Source of the DNA: an uncultured Christensenellaceae bacterium
GTDB lineage: Bacteria; Bacillota; Clostridia; Christensenellales; CAG-1252
Direction: 5' to 3'
Assembly (NCBI GenBank): GCA_964561145.1
Contig: CAZLNZ010000004.1
Span: 27,047 to 91,046 of the forward strand
Length of the DNA: 64,000 bases
Shown: positions 60,035-64,000 of the stretch, piece after piece
How the letters are laid out: each line of letters begins with the position of its first letter
Position numbering within the stretch: the stretch's first letter is position 1
Notes under the pieces: generated by a model
Seen by the model: the letters and a program-made list of their open reading frames with translations, nothing else
Databases searched by the model: none
Told to the model about the DNA's origin: nothing
Position numbers and translations under genes: made by a program

Positions 60035-61387
60035 GTGAAAAAGTCAGTAGCAATTGTGGTTTTAACCATCTTTTGCGTGCTTATAGTTGCAGGCGGCTTG
60101 TTCGCGTTTGTATCGTTCGATAACGGCGAATTGGGCTTATATGACTATATTGCATATCCAAAGAATATTTCTCTTGGTCTTGACTTGGTTGGCGGTGTAT
60201 ATGCCGTTTTTGAACCGAAGAGTGACTCAACGGAGGACCTAGAGAGCAGAATGCAGGGCACGGCAGACTCATTGGAAAGCTTATTGTTCGATAAGGGATA
60301 TACCGAAGCGGTAGTTACCCTTGATGACAATAATTCACGTATCAGAGTTGAAGTACCCGACGTAGATGACCCCGAGGAAATCTTCGACCTTATCGGACGT
60401 CCGGCATCATTGGAATTCCGTAAAGAGGGAGAAAATGAGGAAATAACAACCACAGCATACGTTACGGGTAAAGATATTGAAAGTGCTTACGTTTCTTACG
60501 ACAGTAGTTCAGGCTATGTTGTAGCACTCAAATTTAACGAAGAAGGAACTGTTAAGTTTGCAAATGCAACTACAGAGCTTCTAAACAAAGCATTAAATAT
60601 TTGGATCAACGGTGAGTGGTACATGGGACCTACCGTCAATTCGGTTATTTCCAACGGACAAGCCATTATTACCGGTAACTACACATATGAACAAGCAAAT
60701 GAGCTTGCTACACAAATTCAGGCAGGTGCCTTTGACGTGGAGCTCACATTGGTCGAGTCGAACAACATCACAGCTAGTTTAGGAGCTAGTTCCTTGAAGA
60801 CTTCTATCATCGCAGGTTTTATAGGTCTTGCATTGGTCATTGTCTTCATGTTAGTGTTCTTCAGAATGCTTGGTGTTGCTTCATCCCTTTCATTGCTGTT
60901 CTATACAAGTTTCTACATTTTCTTCTTATCCATCTTCCCTTGGGTTCAATTAACCCTTTCCGGTATTGCAGGTATTATCCTTTCTATCGGTATGGCTGTT
61001 GACTCCAACATTGTTATTTTCGCTCGTATTAGAGATGAGTATAAGACGACAAGAGTACAGATGCTTGATAACGGAGTAGATGCAGATGCGTACAGAAGAT
61101 CGGTTCAATCCTCAATTAGACAAGGATTTTCCAAAGCTACTCCCGCAATTATCGACGGTAACGTTACTACAATCCTTGGTTGTATCGTAATGTTCTTCGT
61201 TGGCGGTTCTTCAATTAAGAGTTTTGCAATAACCCTTCTCATTGGTGTTATCCTGTCTATGATTAACGCATTGGTTATTTTAAGATGTTTCGTAAATTCG
61301 ATATTTACTTTGAGCAAGAATCGTAAGAATGTAGCTAGTATGTTCAACTTACCTGAGCTTGAGGTAGAAGGAGGGGAACATGAGTAA
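60035..61387 (+). CDS. secD: Protein translocase subunit SecD
   Basis: N-terminal TM, periplasmic-type domain LGLDLVGG and a C-terminal six-TM bundle. GTG start after AGGAGG. Confidence 0.92.
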   Translation: MKKSVAIVVLTIFCVLIVAGGLFAFVSFDNGELGLYDYIAYPKNISLGLDLVGGVYAVFEPKSDSTEDLESRMQGTADSLESLLFDKGYTEAVVTLDDNNSRIRVEVPDVDDPEEIFDLIGRPASLEFRKEGENEEITTTAYVTGKDIESAYVSYDSSSGYVVALKFNEEGTVKFANATTELLNKALNIWINGEWYMGPTVNSVISNGQAIITGNYTYEQANELATQIQAGAFDVELTLVESNNITASLGASSLKTSIIAGFIGLALVIVFMLVFFRMLGVASSLSLLFYTSFYIFFLSIFPWVQLTLSGIAGIILSIGMAVDSNIVIFARIRDEYKTTRVQMLDNGVDADAYRRSVQSSIRQGFSKATPAIIDGNVTTILGCIVMFFVGGSSIKSFAITLLIGVILSMINALVILRCFVNSIFTLSKNRKNVASMFNLPELEVEGGEHE

Positions 61388-62516
61388 AAAGTTTAACATC
61401 AATGATAAATTAGATATTGTTTCCGGAAAACTTAAGGTCGTTGATAAGCTCAAAATATGGGCTTTGATTCCTACTGTTATACTTCTCGTAGCAATCATAG
61501 TCTTTTCTGTATTTGCAATCGTTGAGGGCGACGCCTCCAAAGGCATGAACTTGGGCTTGGACTTCACCGGTGGTAGTGCTGTTACCGTAACCTTTAACAA
61601 GGATTTAACAGATGCAGAGTTTAACGAATATAGTGAAAGAATTATCAAGGTAATCAACAGCATTGCTGCAAACAATAACGATACCTATGACTGCGGTGAA
61701 GCTCAAAAGACGGGCTCCGGTGCCGATACCGGTATATACATCAAATATCAAAACGGACATTCTGATATTCAAACAGTCAATATTGATATCAAAAATGCGT
61801 TGGTAGAAGAGTTTAAGGCTGAAGGCATCAATGCCGATGACAATGTAAACATCACATCGATCAGTTCTAGTGCCGCTTCTAAGCTTGTTAAGCAAGCAAT
61901 CATTGCTGTATTGGTTACTTGGGCAGTAGTATTGGTATACATTATTATACGTTTCGAGTTCTTGAGCGGTGTTGCTGCTGTCGTTGGTCTACTTGTTGAC
62001 GTTATAGTTATGGTAGCTTGTACAACAATCTTCCGCATTCAAATTAATACAACATTTATTGCTGCTTTGATTACTATAGTTTCATATTCTATCAACAACA
62101 CTATCGTTGTATTCGATAGAGTAAGAGAACACGTTAAGAATCAAGGCACCTCCTTGACACCTGCAAATGTTGGCTATGAAGTTAACAACGCAGTACGTGA
62201 GAGCTTTAACAGATCTATTGCTTCCACAATTACTACAATGTTAACTATAGTTGTTCTCTGTATCATTGGTGTTGAGTCAATTCAACAATTCTGTTTACCA
62301 ATTATCTTCGGTTTGGTTTCCGGTGTAAATAGCTCACTATGCTTAGCTCCTTCACTTTATGTTGCTATGAAGAGCTCTTACTTGAAGCGTAAATCGTCAA
62401 AGAATAACTATGTTGCCGTTGCTGACAAGGAAGGCAATCTTCCTTCGCAACAACCCAAAAAGAAGAAGGTAAATACAAAGGCAAATAAGAGTGTTAAATA
62501 TAAGAGAAAGAAATAG
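61380..62516 (+). CDS. secF: Protein translocase subunit SecF with a Lys-rich C-terminal tail
   Basis: GLDFTGG motif and six TM segments. Overlaps secD. Confidence 0.92.
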   Translation: MSKKFNINDKLDIVSGKLKVVDKLKIWALIPTVILLVAIIVFSVFAIVEGDASKGMNLGLDFTGGSAVTVTFNKDLTDAEFNEYSERIIKVINSIAANNNDTYDCGEAQKTGSGADTGIYIKYQNGHSDIQTVNIDIKNALVEEFKAEGINADDNVNITSISSSAASKLVKQAIIAVLVTWAVVLVYIIIRFEFLSGVAAVVGLLVDVIVMVACTTIFRIQINTTFIAALITIVSYSINNTIVVFDRVREHVKNQGTSLTPANVGYEVNNAVRESFNRSIASTITTMLTIVVLCIIGVESIQQFCLPIIFGLVSGVNSSLCLAPSLYVAMKSSYLKRKSSKNNYVAVADKEGNLPSQQPKKKKVNTKANKSVKYKRKK

Positions 62517-62536
62517 TCATCGATTTGGCTAATTGA

Positions 62537-62570
62537 AAAAGGTTCTCCGAGCGGAGAACCTTTTCTTTTC
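62537..62570 (+). terminator. Intrinsic terminator after secF
   Basis: AAGGTTCTCC-gagc-GGAGAACCTTTTCTTTT. Confidence 0.85.
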
Positions 62571-62735
62571 GTCTATTCATCAGTTATAAGCAATTGATGT
62601 TACTAATAAAACTAGAAGTGAATAATGATGAATAATGACAGAGTATGTTATTGATAGTTGTATGATTGATTTTATGTAATCAATATTATAGGTTTATTTC
62701 AATTATCCCAATAATTATAAATAAAACAATATTCC

Positions 62736-63539
62736 TCACTTCTTTTTCATTCTTATTCCATAAAAAATATATTGTTGTGCAGTTCCCGGATAGGGATTAT
62801 AAAGATTTATCATGGTTTCTCTGATTTCTTTTTCTTTGGATGTTTTACCTGTTAGATTGAAATATGCTTTTTTTATCCAAGTATCCACCGGAAAGGTATC
62901 TTCTCTATGATAGGAAAAAAGTAATACGCAATCTGCGACCTTTGGACCAACGCCCGGAAGTGTAAGGAGATTCTTTGTTATTTCATCGGTTGTAAGGACT
63001 GCTATTTCTTCTAAGTCGATGCGACCCTCGACAATAGCTTTTGAAGTATTCAAAATGAATTCAGCTCTATACCCGGCACCAATTTCCTTGTAAAACTCAA
63101 CGCTTTGAGCCGCCATTACTTGCGGAGTAGGAAATGCATAAAAATCGCCCATATTTTCTCCAAGGTTTAAGCAGAGTTTTTCTATTATTTTTTGTATTCT
63201 GGGAATGAAATTTTGAGTGCTAATTATGAAACTTATCAAGGTTTCGAACTTGTCTTGATTAAGTATTCTGATTCCGCTTCCGATTTTCAGTGCTTCTTCA
63301 ATCATAGGCTTAGCCCTAAGGCTCTCTATAATTGTGAAGTAATCACGTTTTAAGTCAAAGTAGTTGATAAAATAGTCTATATCATCACTAAAGATTATTC
63401 TATCACGAATAACGGCTTTTTTGTTTTTTGAGTACACTACCCATTCGTTTTCTCTTTGCTCATATCTAAAAACTTGTCCGCAAGTTAATATTGATTCAAT
63501 ATCGAAGGGTATATTATTATCAACCTTATAACAATTCAT
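62736..63539 (-). CDS. ogg: HhH-GPD DNA glycosylase (8-oxoguanine glycosylase/AP-lyase type)
   Basis: TCGQVFRY near the N-terminus and the HhH-GPD motif LPGVGPKVADCVLLF...D. The ATG at 63539 overlaps the ung stop (TAATG). Confidence 0.8.
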   Translation of the reverse strand: MNCYKVDNNIPFDIESILTCGQVFRYEQRENEWVVYSKNKKAVIRDRIIFSDDIDYFINYFDLKRDYFTIIESLRAKPMIEEALKIGSGIRILNQDKFETLISFIISTQNFIPRIQKIIEKLCLNLGENMGDFYAFPTPQVMAAQSVEFYKEIGAGYRAEFILNTSKAIVEGRIDLEEIAVLTTDEITKNLLTLPGVGPKVADCVLLFSYHREDTFPVDTWIKKAYFNLTGKTSKEKEIRETMINLYNPYPGTAQQYIFYGIRMKKK

Positions 63540-64000
63540 TATTTGATACTCCAATCTAGTTCGATTCCTTTATTATTAAGAAACTCTTGTGCTTTACTAA
63601 AATGCTTACACCCAAAGAAACCTTGGTAAGCAGATAGCGGACTTGGGTGTGGTGCTTGCAAAACTAAGTGATTCGTATTGTTTAATAGACTTGCTTTACT
63701 TCTTGCGTTTCCACCCCATAAAAGAAATACTACGGGTTCTGTTTTTTGATTGATTATCTTAATTACATCATCTGTAAATATCTCCCATCCTTTTCCCTTA
63801 TGTGAGTTTGCTTGATGAGCTCTCACCGTAAGAGAGGTGTTTAATAGGAATATTCCTTTATTTGCCCAATCGATAAGACATCCGTGATTTGGGATTTTAA
63901 AGCCAATATCGTCGTGAAGCTCTTTAAAAATATTACATAATGATGGAGGCGGTTGAATTCCTTTTTGTACGGAGAAAGCGAGACCGTGAGCTTGATTTTC
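63539..64000 (-). CDS. ung: Uracil-DNA glycosylase, 5'-truncated by the window edge
   Basis: QAHGLAFSV, LLNTSLTV, HPSPLSA. The reading frame stays open to position 64000. Confidence 0.9.
   Translation of the reverse strand, partial: ENQAHGLAFSVQKGIQPPPSLCNIFKELHDDIGFKIPNHGCLIDWANKGIFLLNTSLTVRAHQANSHKGKGWEIFTDDVIKIINQKTEPVVFLLWGGNARSKASLLNNTNHLVLQAPHPSPLSAYQGFFGCKHFSKAQEFLNNKGIELDWSIK

Overview
AT-rich chromosomal segment that looks Firmicutes/Clostridia-like, with the standard genetic code and about 50 genes. I saw no rRNA, tRNA, CRISPR array, transposase or integrase. The 3' half is conserved housekeeping: proS, addBA, gdhA, infC-rpmI-rplT, yebC-ruvAB-queA-tgt-yajC, a SCIFF peptide with its radical-SAM maturase, secDF and ogg-ung. 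The 5' half and the middle are accessory. They hold a two-component system with MgtC, an orphan NuoE-like gene, pnuC, a CrtI-like/ferredoxin-reductase operon and several unusual loci. The loci most worth a second look are: (1) a dispersed ~75-82 nt three-hairpin element with compensatory stem changes, five same-strand copies in three intergenic loci, partly inside a 345-bp tandem repeat; (2) a two-gene cassette whose proteins share a Cys-rich N-terminal module but end in a TerD domain or a GATase1/DUF4159-like domain; (3) a soluble ~1140-aa protein reading ClpB-D2-like AAA+, receiver-like domain, FtsH-like AAA+, M41 protease, flanked by a YbjN-like gene and an ATP-grasp gene; (4) a ~2430-aa lipoprotein with about two dozen Cys/His repeats and four DUF6273-like modules, paired convergently with a zinc-ribbon membrane protein; (5) a stand-alone ThrRS N-terminal (TGS + editing) ORF sitting where thrS normally precedes infC. 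Every functional call rests on motif recognition by eye. No database search was run.
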